The notes under the pieces were generated by a model, which saw only the letters and a program-made list of their open reading frames with translations, had not been told where the DNA came from and searched no databases. A stretch of DNA of 64,000 bases from an uncultured Acidobacteriota bacterium (GTDB lineage Bacteria; Acidobacteriota; Terriglobia; Acidiferrales; UBA7541): positions 244,594-308,593 of the forward strand of contig CAVWBL010000009.1 in NCBI GenBank assembly GCA_963753205.1. Reading direction: 5' to 3'. Shown one piece after another: positions 41,310 through 52,220 of the stretch (positions are counted from its first letter, which is position 1; each line of letters starts with the position of its first letter). A program made the translations under genes and the position numbers.

Positions 41310-42137
41310 TCAGAATCGCAACGATAAGCAGCTCAGTCCTCCATCCATTTTGCGGAACTCCGAGACATCGAGTCGGAGAACCGCGAATCCCCGCTGGACC
41401 AATGCCGTTGTGAGATTGGGAAATCCCTCCGAAATCAGCACATGGTCATTCACGCGCACGCAGTTCGCGGCGTAACTCTCGCCGGGCACAACGCGGATCA
41501 GTTCGTAGTCGCGAAAGTCTTTGCACTCGGCCAGCTCTTCGCTCACGACGAGTTGGCCCTCACCTATACATGCAACACCGGTTTTTAGATGAAGGACGTT
41601 TTTCAACGCGCGAATATCGAGGAGAGAGGAGGTGTGGCCAGCTTGTGCGAGAAAAGCCGCAAGTTGTCTGGCACCTTCTTCATTCGTCCGTTGCGAGACG
41701 CCAATGAAGAAATGTTTTCCCGCTTGGCAAACATCGCCGCCATCGAGCGTCCCAGGCGCCGTGATCTCGTCAATCGTGTGAAAAAAGCGCCCGAGCGGCT
41801 CGCGGATCGGTTCAACTTCTCCCAGGCGGCTTTCTGCTCCAGGGCGCGTGAGCACTGCAAAATCGCACGTCAAAACGGCTACATCCTCAATAAAGGTCGA
41901 ATCCGGATGCGCGAGATCCGGCTCGAGGTCTACGACTTCCAGCCCGCAGCGCTCGAGTGCGCTGCAATATGCTCGATGTTGGTCGAGCGCTTTCTTGAGA
42001 TCGGGAGGCGTGCCTCTGAACGTTGTTAATCCCTCGGCAAAATTGTGGCCCGGCGTGCGTACGATTGCGTGTTTGAACAACTTTGCTCCTCGCCCAACCT
42101 GCTGATTCGGTTTGGGCAGCTTAGAACGGTGTGACAC
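41310..42137 (-). CDS. dimethylarginine dimethylaminohydrolase (DDAH)/amidinotransferase-family protein
   Basis: HAIVRTPGHNFAEGLTT, HPDSTFIEDVAVL, C-terminal MDGGLSCLSLRF (catalytic Cys context). GTG start. Confidence 0.85.
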   Translation of the reverse strand: MSHRSKLPKPNQQVGRGAKLFKHAIVRTPGHNFAEGLTTFRGTPPDLKKALDQHRAYCSALERCGLEVVDLEPDLAHPDSTFIEDVAVLTCDFAVLTRPGAESRLGEVEPIREPLGRFFHTIDEITAPGTLDGGDVCQAGKHFFIGVSQRTNEEGARQLAAFLAQAGHTSSLLDIRALKNVLHLKTGVACIGEGQLVVSEELAECKDFRDYELIRVVPGESYAANCVRVNDHVLISEGFPNLTTALVQRGFAVLRLDVSEFRKMDGGLSCLSLRF

Positions 42138-42270
42138 ATGATTCCAAATCGGCGACCAGCCCGTCTACCGTACCGCTGATTGGCCCAATGCCTTCACGAA
42201 AGGACGGTAGGAAGACTTTCTCAAGATCGCGTCTGTCCGTGGCGCGCCAGTAGATGCTAGCGTACAGATC

Positions 42271-43572
42271 ATGAACGAGAGCCAACGCGATCGAGGGCTA
42301 GTGCGCGCGGTCGGCCCATGGGGTTTTGCAGCGAGCATTATTAATATTGTTATCGGAGCAGGCATCTTCGCGGTACCGGGAGCGTTGGCCGCTTGCATAG
42401 GGCCCTATGCGCCCGTGGCCTTTGTTGTGTGCGCGGTCGCGATCGGATCGGTTGCGATCTGTTTTGCCGAGGGCGGGAGCCGTTTGCCGACCAGTGGCGG
42501 CGCCTATGGCTATATTGAGGCCGCTTTCGGACCGCTTCCAGCGTACGTCGCGGGGACCCTTTTATGGGTGGGTGATGCGCTGGCGTGCGGCGGTATCGCT
42601 GCCGCCTTGGCTGACGTGGCCGTGAGCGTGTTGCCGGCGCGGTTCATGGCGCCAGCGCACGCGGCAGTCATTGTTGGAGTCGTCGGTGGCATCGCCTTGA
42701 TCAACACCGGCGGAGTGGCACTTGGCACGCGGCTGGTGAATGTAGCGACTGTCGTGAAATTGATTCCGCTTGCGATTTTCGTCATTGCCGGAGCGTATGC
42801 CGTGCACGGCGCGAACTTTGTGCCGACGTCGCAGCCCACCACGGCGGGTCTTGGCCGCGCCTTGATTCTCTCTTTGTTTGTGTTCACTGGTATGGAGACA
42901 CCGCTTGCTGCGAGCGGCGAGGTAGAACGACCGGCGCGCACCATTCCACTGGCGCTCGCCATCGGGATGGCGTCGGTGACGCTGCTCTACATCGCGGTTC
43001 AGGTTGTCGCGCAAGGGATCCTGGGCTCTGCGCTGGCGAATTCCACGGTGCCGCTTGCCGATGCCATGGCGCGGATTAGCCCGAGCCTGCGCCTGTTGAT
43101 GTTGGCTGGCGCCGCGTTGTCCATGTTCGGTTGGATGGGCAGCGACATTCTCGGCACCCCGCGTGTGCTCTTTGCTTTCGGGCGCGACGGTTTGCTACCC
43201 CGCGTGCTCGGCCGAGTGCATCCCCGCAGCCACGCTCCGCACATTGCGATTTTGTGCTACGCCGTACTGGCCATCGCCCTCGCACTCTCCGGCACATTTG
43301 CCGAGCTCGCCGTCCTTTCAACACTCGCGAGTGCGGGCCTCTACATCGGCGGCTGTCTTGCGGCTTGGCAGCTCGCGCGCCGTGGCGTGGCCGTGGCTGG
43401 TCAACCGCTCAACTTCCGCTGGCTCGGAGGTGCAATGGTGATCGGCGTTGGAAGCATGCTGATTCTCATCTGTCTGGCATCGCGTGAAGAAGTGCTGGGG
43501 CTCTTTGTCGTTGTGATTCTGAGCGCCCTCATCTACGTGGTGCAACGCCGGCGCGTGCCAGCCGAGCCGTGA
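42271..43572 (+). CDS. APC-family amino acid permease
   Basis: About 12 hydrophobic segments. GPWGFAASIINIVIGAGIFAVPG, FTGMETP. Confidence 0.9.
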   Translation: MNESQRDRGLVRAVGPWGFAASIINIVIGAGIFAVPGALAACIGPYAPVAFVVCAVAIGSVAICFAEGGSRLPTSGGAYGYIEAAFGPLPAYVAGTLLWVGDALACGGIAAALADVAVSVLPARFMAPAHAAVIVGVVGGIALINTGGVALGTRLVNVATVVKLIPLAIFVIAGAYAVHGANFVPTSQPTTAGLGRALILSLFVFTGMETPLAASGEVERPARTIPLALAIGMASVTLLYIAVQVVAQGILGSALANSTVPLADAMARISPSLRLLMLAGAALSMFGWMGSDILGTPRVLFAFGRDGLLPRVLGRVHPRSHAPHIAILCYAVLAIALALSGTFAELAVLSTLASAGLYIGGCLAAWQLARRGVAVAGQPLNFRWLGGAMVIGVGSMLILICLASREEVLGLFVVVILSALIYVVQRRRVPAEP

Positions 43573-43591
43573 GGTCTCACTGCTTCCAACT

Positions 43592-45208
43592 TTGCGCTTC
43601 AGAGTGGATACTACGGCGGTGACCTCACCCACAGCTGCTGTTCTCGGGAAGATTGGACTGCCTGCTCCCGTTGCTGAATTAGCTTCTCGGCGTTGGGATG
43701 TGATTATTGTCGGTGCCGGTCATAACGGCCTTGTCTGCGCGGCATACCTGGCGCGAGCCGGCAAGCATGTGCTGGTGCTCGAAAGCCGAGTGCGAGTGGG
43801 CGGTGCCTGCACCATCGAGGAAACCTTCCCTGGCGTGCGGATGTCGCCATGTGCCTATCTCGCCGGCTTGCTGCATCCCTTAGTCGTTTCCGAGTTGAAC
43901 CTGCCCGAACGCGGCTTCGAATGGACACCGGCGGTAAATGGATTGTTTGTGCCCTTCCTCGATGGCTCCAGCGTTCAACTTTGGGACGATGAAGACCGCT
44001 GCGAGGCGGAGATTCGCGGCTTCGCTCCGACCGATATAAAGGGCTGGCGCGCGATGAATGGCGTGCTTCGCAGGTTGCGCGATGCTTTACGTCCGCAAGG
44101 GGACGGTGATCTATGGATCGGCGAGGCTCCCACACGCGAACAAATTGAAGAGCGGCTGGGAAAGGACGAAGAAGCAAAGCTTGTGCTCTTCGACTGGTCG
44201 ATGGCCCAATTCGTTGAACATTACTTGCGTGACGAACGGCTGCAGACGGCGTATCTCGGACAGGGAGTGATTGGCACCAACGCCAGCCCATTTGACGCGG
44301 GAACGGCGAGCATTCGCTTCCATCATTCATCGGGCCGATTGGGCGGAATGCCAGGCATGTGGGGATATGTAAAAGGCGGCATGGGCATGGTTTCGTTCTA
44401 CTTTTGCGATGCCGCGCAAGAGGCGGGAGCCGTCATTGCGACCGGCATCCCTGTCGCACGGATTACGCCAACTGAAGGCGTAGTCCTCGATAGTGGCGAA
44501 TTCATCGCTGCTCCCGTGGTCGTCTCGAATGCCGATCCGCAACAGACGCTGCGCCTGCTGGGCTCTGCGGCCGATCCCGCCTGGCGCAAGCGCGTCGAGC
44601 AGATTCCGATCGAGGGTTGCACTGTAAAATTGAACGTATTGCTCCGCGATCTGCCTAACTTCACCGCGCGGCCTGGAACCCACCAGGCGCATCACTACGG
44701 GCAAATCAACACACCCCTTACCAAAGGCGAATGGAGGGACTCGTTTGCCGCCGCGAAGCGTGGGGAATTGCCCGAGCACCTATGGTGCGAACTGTATTTT
44801 CAGAGCGTGCACGATTCGACAGCGGCCGGTCCCGGCCAGCATACGATGAGCGTCTTTGCGCAGTACGTACCTTATACGTTTTCGCACGGCACGTGGGATG
44901 AGCGGCGGGAGGAAGTTCGGCGGGTCGCATTGGGCTCTCTCGCCCGCTTCTGCTCCAACGTCGACGGCGCCGTCATCGATGCGCAGGTGCTTGGCCCTCC
45001 GGACATCGAGCAGAAGGTCGGACTTACCGGAGGTCACATTTTTCAGGGTGAGTGTCTACCTCCGTACATGTGGTCAAAACGGCTTTCAGCGCGCACACCT
45101 ATGCTTGGCGTTTACTTATGCGGGGCCTGCACGCACCCAGCAGGTAGCGTGATTGGCATCAATGGGCGCAACGCGGCAATGGCCGTTCTCAGCGATGCCG
45201 AACTCTAG
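43592..45208 (+). CDS. NAD(P)/FAD-dependent oxidoreductase of the phytoene desaturase (CrtI-like) family (start uncertain)
   Basis: WDVIIVGAGHNGLVCAAYLARAGKHVLVLESRVRVGGA dinucleotide-binding motif. C-terminal GACTHPAGSVIGINGRNAA. Confidence 0.85.
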   Translation: MRFRVDTTAVTSPTAAVLGKIGLPAPVAELASRRWDVIIVGAGHNGLVCAAYLARAGKHVLVLESRVRVGGACTIEETFPGVRMSPCAYLAGLLHPLVVSELNLPERGFEWTPAVNGLFVPFLDGSSVQLWDDEDRCEAEIRGFAPTDIKGWRAMNGVLRRLRDALRPQGDGDLWIGEAPTREQIEERLGKDEEAKLVLFDWSMAQFVEHYLRDERLQTAYLGQGVIGTNASPFDAGTASIRFHHSSGRLGGMPGMWGYVKGGMGMVSFYFCDAAQEAGAVIATGIPVARITPTEGVVLDSGEFIAAPVVVSNADPQQTLRLLGSAADPAWRKRVEQIPIEGCTVKLNVLLRDLPNFTARPGTHQAHHYGQINTPLTKGEWRDSFAAAKRGELPEHLWCELYFQSVHDSTAAGPGQHTMSVFAQYVPYTFSHGTWDERREEVRRVALGSLARFCSNVDGAVIDAQVLGPPDIEQKVGLTGGHIFQGECLPPYMWSKRLSARTPMLGVYLCGACTHPAGSVIGINGRNAAMAVLSDAEL

Positions 45209-45628
45209 TTGTCATGGGCGGCGCGAATTTCAGCGCGCCGACGGCTGGTCCGCTACGCTTGTATATCTCGTTCAGGTCGTTTAAATAAAGTCCCGCCGCT
45301 GTTTTTCCGGTGGCCGGATGCTTGCCTTCGACGACGTTTGGCGACGAACGATCGATGGCTCGGTTCTCCTTCAAGATTTGATCAAGGGACGCCTACGATC
45401 GTGTGATCCACTATACGCACTGCGAGAACCTATCCGGCAAACTGACCTATTGCTGCCAACGCCGTCCTGGGCAGTCGAAATGCCGTGCCCGCAACAGTTC
45501 CTTGCGACCGAAGCGCGCAGCTTGCAGAGTGGGCACACTCGAAAAAGGGACCGCTCGCCAAAACGACTTTTCGTATAGTAATTTATCTTAAATCCAAAGC
45601 GGAATAGTGGATTTACAACGACCTGTCC

Positions 45629-46738
45629 TTGTTGGGGGAGCTCTTGCGGAGACTTGCCGGCGCGTTGATAGTAGTGGCGGTAATTTTACTCATACTGAAA
45701 GCGCTTCATCTGGGGATCGGGCATCGCATTCTAAATAGCGAAGCGGCTCGAGCTGCGGAGGAGACGTACGCGGAAATCGAGAACGAGCTAGACAAAACGG
45801 CGCCAACGGCCCCACATGGACTGACCGCGGGCACTGCCCCCGCAATCATTTACGATGAGCATTACCTGAATCGGGCGTTTCTCACGAAACATATTGCACC
45901 GGTATTCGACAGCACGGGGGGTGATTTGATCGTTGTATGCGCTTCCTCGCACAACGGCACGATTCTGACGCCGTCAGATAGCTATAAGAACAAATGGATT
46001 TCTTTAGCGGGCCCAACGAATTCCAGCGCTGGAGCCGACCTGCGTTCGCAAATCTGGTACGCAAAGCACGCCAGAGTCGGGCCCAATCACAGATTTATGA
46101 TGAAGCTGTCGAGCGGTCAGGCATTGGTGATTTCGATTTTCGTGGTGAAGGGAGCGAGTTCCGACCCTATCGATGCGGTTTCAATGATCGCGGATGATGA
46201 GGGCACAAACACGACCACCCCGACAAGCTCCGAGATCAAGACCTCAGCGGCTAACGATCTTTTGATTGGCTTCGGGAAAAGCTCGGTTAGCGAGACTTGG
46301 GCGGCAGGGGACACCTTTGCGTTTCAACCAGCAGCTTCTTCGGATTTTCTCGTCGCCGAGTCCGGCTTGGCTGCTGTACCTGGCATCTATAGTTCGAGTT
46401 TTTCGATCGGTGCACCTGCAACGTGGCAAGCATCCATAGTTGCGGTTCGGCCTGCCGCCAATCCGTTGCTGGCGACGCCTATCCGGCTCGCGTGGCACGC
46501 CGCTATCGACAACGTCCGAGTGGAGGGATATCAGATCGAACGTTGTGAAGGGCAGGGCTGCAGGAATTTTTCACAGATCGGAACGTCGACAGATACTTCT
46601 TTCGTCGACGCCACCTTGACACACTCGCCGACATACCGCTACCGCGTACAGGCTATTGACGGAGCATCGAATGCCAGCGACTACTCGAATACAATCGATG
46701 TAACTGATGTTGCCAACAAGATTGCCGCCAGTAATTGA
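45629..46738 (+). CDS. membrane-anchored protein: TM helix + uncharacterised ~190-aa module + fibronectin type III domain
   Basis: LAGALIVVAVILLILKAL anchor. The module GGDLIVVCAS...QIWYAKH...NDLLIGFGK...WQASIVAVRP aligns with the repeated module of the two giant proteins. The C-terminus IRLAWHAAIDNVRVEGYQIERC...YRYRVQAIDGASNASDYS is FN3-like. TTG start. Confidence 0.7.
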   Translation: MLGELLRRLAGALIVVAVILLILKALHLGIGHRILNSEAARAAEETYAEIENELDKTAPTAPHGLTAGTAPAIIYDEHYLNRAFLTKHIAPVFDSTGGDLIVVCASSHNGTILTPSDSYKNKWISLAGPTNSSAGADLRSQIWYAKHARVGPNHRFMMKLSSGQALVISIFVVKGASSDPIDAVSMIADDEGTNTTTPTSSEIKTSAANDLLIGFGKSSVSETWAAGDTFAFQPAASSDFLVAESGLAAVPGIYSSSFSIGAPATWQASIVAVRPAANPLLATPIRLAWHAAIDNVRVEGYQIERCEGQGCRNFSQIGTSTDTSFVDATLTHSPTYRYRVQAIDGASNASDYSNTIDVTDVANKIAASN

Positions 46739-46740
46739 GT

Positions 46741-48483
46741 TTAAGGGAGCAAGCCGTAGGCGACGATCTGGCCATTGGCGACGACGAAGACTTTTCCGTT
46801 GGCGACGAGCGGGATACTGAACTTCGTCGCTACTCCCAGCGTGTCGCGCGAACCGGCTTGGCTGCTGTTGTAAAGTTCGTTCGAGAGGTTCGATGCGTCG
46901 TAGGCGGTAAGAACGCCGTTTGACGGACTGTTGTCCTGCACGGCCCAAAGGATTCCGTAGGAAGTGCCGTTTGCCGAGATTGCAAACGAACCGCCGCGGT
47001 TCGGATAAGTCTCGGCCGACTGTGATGACGGGCTAGAGGAGAGGGTTCCATTCGATAGCTGAAACGCTTTCAGATTGTCGTTCACAGCCGCGAAGTACAC
47101 GGATCCATTAAAAAAGGCTGGGGCGCTGAAGTTTCCTTCATCCAAACTTCCGTTAGGCAGAATGCTCTGCAAAGTCTGCACGATCTGGCTGTTGTTGTTG
47201 GGATTGAACTGGCCCATGTTGTCGCGGTTGACGACGTAGATCGATCCGGATTTGCCGGCCGCGATCAGCAAGTGGGGAATCGGGCCGGGCTGATCGAGAA
47301 GCAACACAGGGCCGGCTGAGGCGAGATCGATGTCGTTCGATTCCATGTAGGATTGATCGTAGGGCGTGAAGTAGTCGACGACGCTTCCGCTGGGGTTGAT
47401 TTTCACGATCGAATCGCCGTAATCGGAACCGCCCGAACTGGCCGAGAAGTCACCATTGCCAGTAGTGAAGAAAAGGTTTCCGGTCGAATCAGTGGCCAGG
47501 CCCCCGTTGCTCATCCAGATGCCGCCGCCGTAGCCGTCTGGGCTAACGCAATAAGCCATCGTTTGCTGAAGCGTCGAGGCGTTGTAGCCCATCACCCATC
47601 CGTGCCAGGGAGCTTGATCGCCGTGCGAAGCCCAGGCGATGTAGACAACGCCATTGGCGAGCAGCAGTGCGGCACGCTGATTCTCTTTGAGCGGATCGAA
47701 CGTGAGTTGACCGCCTTGGGAGCCATCGCCGGAACCGCTGACGGTGGCTTGAATCACGACGGGACCACCGAACTTTTCGGCTCCTGTCGTGATATCGAGA
47801 GCGTGCAGCCGCTGCACATAGCTGGTTCCTTCTTCCGTGTTGGCGACCACATAGAGCGTGCCGGTCGAGGGATCAATAACGGGTGTCCCGGTGATGCCGA
47901 TCTGATTGGGAATATCACCGCATTCTCCCGTGTCGCCGCAGGGAACGGTGGTGACACCAGGCCCAAGGAAACTCACTTTCCAGAGCGGATTTGGGTTCAA
48001 GCCGTCGGCATCCCAGGCATAGACCGTGTCGTTCTCGGTCGCGATATAGACGACATTGTGGAAGCCCTGACCGGGAATGTTGACGTTGGCCACGTAGAGG
48101 GGAGAGGCATAAGCCAAACCATCCAGAGGATAGGAGAACAGTTTTCCGAATTTCGTCTCGTTGATGTTGCTGAGGTTCAGCACGGTTTCACTGGAGTTCT
48201 GGCCGGTGCGTGAGTTGTCGTTGTGGAAGGTGAAGGTTCCGGGATAGTTCGTCACGTAGACGGTGGCGCTGGCAGAGGAGGCGGATGTCGCGGCGGTGAC
48301 GGTGTGTGTACTGACATTGGCTGGTGGGGTGTAGAGACCAGCGGCGGTGATCGTGCCCACAGTTGATGACCCGCCGACCACTCCATCAACGGACCACGTG
48401 ACACCGCCGGACGTGGCGGTGAACTGTTGTGTTTTGGTGAAGGTGAGGACGGAAGACTGAGGTGTCACCGAGAAACCCGTTCC
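46741..48483. repeat. 1743-bp near-identical dispersed direct repeat, copy 1 (3' end of gene A)
   Basis: Matches 50478-52220 at a constant offset of 3737 nt. By eye I found 5 substitutions (46825, 46855, 47008, 47219, 48317) and no indels. Confidence 0.9.
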
Positions 48484-50190
48484 CGTTCCACTGCCCACTC
48501 CGCGGAAGGCGACCATCTGCATGATCCATGCGCCGCCGGAAAGAGGAGCTGTGGCACTGTAGCTGCCTGCGAGAGTGACGATCGAGTCTTCCAGAATGTC
48601 CGTGTCCGGAATGGTAATCACGCGGCTCGTATATCCGGCACCAGGGCCGGTGGTGCTCTGTTGCACCAGGTTCGCACCGACGAGCAGGTCGTTGGAGTTT
48701 GTGGTTGTTGCCGAACCGCTGTTACTTGTTCCCGACGTGCCTTGCGCGGCCGCCACAACATCTACAGCATTCATCGTCGCGATTCCGCTGTATTCGGCTA
48801 TCCGAACATCGGGCGACACCGCACCGGTGTTGAAAGTAACCGTGACGGCATTGCTGTTGGCGGCAGCCGACGTGATATTTTGAGCGTAATAGATCGCCTG
48901 GGTGGCTGTGCTGCTCTGAACGGTTGGCCCCACGGCCAGGGCATAGCTGTTGCCCGCAGAATCTACGACTGAGCTCACTCGGGCGGTCGAATCGTTCCAG
49001 CCAACCACAACGACGTTGAGGTCGCCGGCGGCTTGTGCTTTGGTATAGGTCGCCTTCACCGTGGTGTTGCTTCCCTGCGGTGTGGCGTAGTTCACCTGAA
49101 CGAAAGCAATAGGGGCGGACTGGTTGGCTGGGTTCACGGTCAAGGTGAAGTTCTGGGTGGCCGGAGAGCCTACGCCGTTGCTGGCTGTGATGGTGAAGGG
49201 GAAGGTTCCGGCGGCAGATGCCGTGCCGCTGAGTGTGGCGGCGCCGTTGCCGTTGTCGTGGAAGGAAATTCCGTTCGGCAGCGTACCCGCCTCGCTTAAT
49301 GAGGGCGTTGGGGTTCCGGTTGTTGTCACACTAAAGCTTCCCGCGATTCCTGCGGTGAACGTCGTGTTGGCAGCGCTGGTGATGGCGGGTGCCTGATTGG
49401 CAGCATTTACCGTCAAGGTGAAGTTCTGTGTGGCCGGAGAGCCGACACCGTTGTTGGCGCTGATGGTGAAGGGGAAGGTTCCGGTGGCAGATGCCGTGCC
49501 TGCGAGCGTAGCGGTTCCGTTCCCGTTATCTATAAACGTCACACGGCTGGGCAGGGCTCCGTTTTCGGTAAGCGATGGCGTCGGCGTGCCGGTTGTCGTC
49601 ACGGTAAAAGTCCCCGCGGTTCCTGCGGTAAAGGTTGTCGTGTTAGTGCTGGTAATCGCGGGCCCCGTCGTTCCGAGATTTACTGTTAGGGTAAAACTCT
49701 TTGCGGCAGTCTGCGGGGGAGTCTCCGAATCGCTGACCTGCACAGTAGAATTGAATGCGCCACTTACTAAGGGCGTTCCCGTAATCGCCCCAGTTGAAGA
49801 GTTCAGGGTGAGGCCTGAAGGTAACGAACCCGAGGTTAGACTCCACGTATACGGTGTTGTGCCGCCCGACGCCGAAAGAACTGCGCTATAGGTTTTATTC
49901 GTCGTGCCCGAAGGCAGGCTGCCAACGGTCAACTGAAGGAGATTTGTTCCCGGGGGCGGGTTCGGAGTTGACGTGTTTCCGGTCGAACATGCTGCAAGGT
50001 AACTCGCCAGAAGAATGCAAAAGACACTCGCAAGTCCCCGGAGGCGGCGTTGGCGTCTTGAGTTCTGTATCAGGCACAGATGCGCCTCGCCTCGAACTGA
50101 AGTCACGCCACCGAGAAACTTGCTAAGGTATTTGTCCGCTAGTGATGGCACCGGACGCGCTATTCGCCGGGCCTTATCAAGAGAACCCAT
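46741..50190 (-). CDS. giant surface protein A: probable lipoprotein, Ig-like domains, one ~190-aa module, Ig-like domain, PQQ-like beta-propeller
   Basis: First in-frame ATG at 50190. RRLRGLASVFCILLASYLAAC|STGN lipobox. Repeats of ITS..TFTAG.AG.F.VTTTGTPTPSL.E.G.LP. C-terminal ~580 aa with FHNDNSRTGQN...VYIATENDTVYAWDADG propeller signature. The longer ORF-track start (50685) only overlaps the end of gene B in another frame. Confidence 0.85.
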   Translation of the reverse strand: MGSLDKARRIARPVPSLADKYLSKFLGGVTSVRGEAHLCLIQNSRRQRRLRGLASVFCILLASYLAACSTGNTSTPNPPPGTNLLQLTVGSLPSGTTNKTYSAVLSASGGTTPYTWSLTSGSLPSGLTLNSSTGAITGTPLVSGAFNSTVQVSDSETPPQTAAKSFTLTVNLGTTGPAITSTNTTTFTAGTAGTFTVTTTGTPTPSLTENGALPSRVTFIDNGNGTATLAGTASATGTFPFTISANNGVGSPATQNFTLTVNAANQAPAITSAANTTFTAGIAGSFSVTTTGTPTPSLSEAGTLPNGISFHDNGNGAATLSGTASAAGTFPFTITASNGVGSPATQNFTLTVNPANQSAPIAFVQVNYATPQGSNTTVKATYTKAQAAGDLNVVVVGWNDSTARVSSVVDSAGNSYALAVGPTVQSSTATQAIYYAQNITSAAANSNAVTVTFNTGAVSPDVRIAEYSGIATMNAVDVVAAAQGTSGTSNSGSATTTNSNDLLVGANLVQQSTTGPGAGYTSRVITIPDTDILEDSIVTLAGSYSATAPLSGGAWIMQMVAFRGVGSGTGTGFSVTPQSSVLTFTKTQQFTATSGGVTWSVDGVVGGSSTVGTITAAGLYTPPANVSTHTVTAATSASSASATVYVTNYPGTFTFHNDNSRTGQNSSETVLNLSNINETKFGKLFSYPLDGLAYASPLYVANVNIPGQGFHNVVYIATENDTVYAWDADGLNPNPLWKVSFLGPGVTTVPCGDTGECGDIPNQIGITGTPVIDPSTGTLYVVANTEEGTSYVQRLHALDITTGAEKFGGPVVIQATVSGSGDGSQGGQLTFDPLKENQRAALLLANGVVYIAWASHGDQAPWHGWVMGYNASTLQQTMAYCVSPDGYGGGIWMSNGGLATDSTGNLFFTTGNGDFSASSGGSDYGDSIVKINPSGSVVDYFTPYDQSYMESNDIDLASAGPVLLLDQPGPIPHLLIAAGKSGSIYVVNRDNMGQFNPNNNSQIVQTLQSILPNGSLDEGNFSAPAFFNGSVYFAAVNDNLKAFQLSNGTLSSSPSSQSAETYPNRGGSFAISANGTSYGILWAVQDNSPSNGVLTAYDASNLSNELYNSSQAGSRDTLGVATKFSIPLVANGKVFVVANGQIVAYGLLP

Positions 50191-50346
50191 TTCTCGCTTT
50201 TGTATCGAGAGATCTACAGTAGGGTACCCGTTCGTCGAATGGACAAAAAAAGAATATGCGTCAATCAATGGGTATCCTCCCGGGTCAGGTGAAGGGCATC
50301 TATTGGGCCAACCCTTCAGGCTTCCACGGGAAAAAGATTGCACACC

Positions 50347-50382
50347 AAGATGCTTATCTATGCTACTTAAAATAAGCATCTT
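50347..50382 (-). terminator. hairpin about 95 nt downstream of gene B's stop
   Basis: AAGATGCTTAT-(14 nt)-ATAAGCATCTT, an 11-bp perfect stem. On the minus strand a CTTTTT follows after about 10 nt. Confidence 0.4.
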
Positions 50383-50477
50383 ACGAACAAAATAAGCGCA
50401 AGGGAGTTCCAGAGCTGATGACCCCTCGAGGAAGAAGGATTTTACAAATCTAACGCCTGAACCATCAACGCGAAGGG

Positions 50478-52220
50478 CTAAGGCAGCAAGCCGTAGGCGA
50501 CGATCTGGCCATTGGCGACGACGAAGACTTTTCCGTTGGCGACGAGCGGGATACTGAACTTTGTCGCTACTCCCAGCGTGTCGCGCGAACCAGCTTGGCT
50601 GCTGTTGTAAAGTTCGTTCGAGAGGTTCGATGCGTCGTAGGCGGTAAGAACGCCGTTTGACGGACTGTTGTCCTGCACGGCCCAAAGGATTCCGTAGGAA
50701 GTGCCGTTTGCCGAGATTGCAAACGAACCGCCGCGGTTCGGATAGGTCTCGGCCGACTGTGATGACGGGCTAGAGGAGAGGGTTCCATTCGATAGCTGAA
50801 ACGCTTTCAGATTGTCGTTCACAGCCGCGAAGTACACGGATCCATTAAAAAAGGCTGGGGCGCTGAAGTTTCCTTCATCCAAACTTCCGTTAGGCAGAAT
50901 GCTCTGCAAAGTCTGCACGATCTGGCTGTTGTTGTTGGGATTGAACTGGCCCATGCTGTCGCGGTTGACGACGTAGATCGATCCGGATTTGCCGGCCGCG
51001 ATCAGCAAGTGGGGAATCGGGCCGGGCTGATCGAGAAGCAACACAGGGCCGGCTGAGGCGAGATCGATGTCGTTCGATTCCATGTAGGATTGATCGTAGG
51101 GCGTGAAGTAGTCGACGACGCTTCCGCTGGGGTTGATTTTCACGATCGAATCGCCGTAATCGGAACCGCCCGAACTGGCCGAGAAGTCACCATTGCCAGT
51201 AGTGAAGAAAAGGTTTCCGGTCGAATCAGTGGCCAGGCCCCCGTTGCTCATCCAGATGCCGCCGCCGTAGCCGTCTGGGCTAACGCAATAAGCCATCGTT
51301 TGCTGAAGCGTCGAGGCGTTGTAGCCCATCACCCATCCGTGCCAGGGAGCTTGATCGCCGTGCGAAGCCCAGGCGATGTAGACAACGCCATTGGCGAGCA
51401 GCAGTGCGGCACGCTGATTCTCTTTGAGCGGATCGAACGTGAGTTGACCGCCTTGGGAGCCATCGCCGGAACCGCTGACGGTGGCTTGAATCACGACGGG
51501 ACCACCGAACTTTTCGGCTCCTGTCGTGATATCGAGAGCGTGCAGCCGCTGCACATAGCTGGTTCCTTCTTCCGTGTTGGCGACCACATAGAGCGTGCCG
51601 GTCGAGGGATCAATAACGGGTGTCCCGGTGATGCCGATCTGATTGGGAATATCACCGCATTCTCCCGTGTCGCCGCAGGGAACGGTGGTGACACCAGGCC
51701 CAAGGAAACTCACTTTCCAGAGCGGATTTGGGTTCAAGCCGTCGGCATCCCAGGCATAGACCGTGTCGTTCTCGGTCGCGATATAGACGACATTGTGGAA
51801 GCCCTGACCGGGAATGTTGACGTTGGCCACGTAGAGGGGAGAGGCATAAGCCAAACCATCCAGAGGATAGGAGAACAGTTTTCCGAATTTCGTCTCGTTG
51901 ATGTTGCTGAGGTTCAGCACGGTTTCACTGGAGTTCTGGCCGGTGCGTGAGTTGTCGTTGTGGAAGGTGAAGGTTCCGGGATAGTTCGTCACGTAGACGG
52001 TGGCGCTGGCAGAGGAGGCGGATGTCGCGGCGGTGACGGTGTGTGTACTGACACTGGCTGGTGGGGTGTAGAGACCAGCGGCGGTGATCGTGCCCACAGT
52101 TGATGACCCGCCGACCACTCCATCAACGGACCACGTGACACCGCCGGACGTGGCGGTGAACTGTTGTGTTTTGGTGAAGGTGAGGACGGAAGACTGAGGT
52201 GTCACCGAGAAACCCGTTCC
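50478..52220. repeat. 1743-bp near-identical dispersed direct repeat, copy 2 (3' end of gene B)
   Basis: See copy 1. Identity stops abruptly after ...gtcaccgagaaacccgttcc (52220 / 48483). Confidence 0.9.

Noticed and set aside
45189-45374. 61-aa minus-strand ORF in the 420-nt gap after the CrtI-like gene.
   Set aside because: It overlaps the 3' end of the plus-strand gene and has no recognisable family or RBS.
47353-48213. Long plus-strand ORFs inside the giant genes: 47353-48213, 51090-51950, 48427-48972, 49397-49891, the 52240/53428/54616 series and others.
   Set aside because: They are antisense shadows of strongly supported minus-strand genes. Their duplication merely mirrors the gene repeats. 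The sequences are low-complexity and Arg/Gly/Val-rich, with no start context or family signature.
46741-50685. The ORF-track version of gene A, starting at 50685 (1314 aa).
   Set aside because: The first 165 codons overlap the 3' end of gene B in another frame and cross the intergenic hairpin. The lipoprotein-type signal peptide follows the ATG at 50190, which I used instead.
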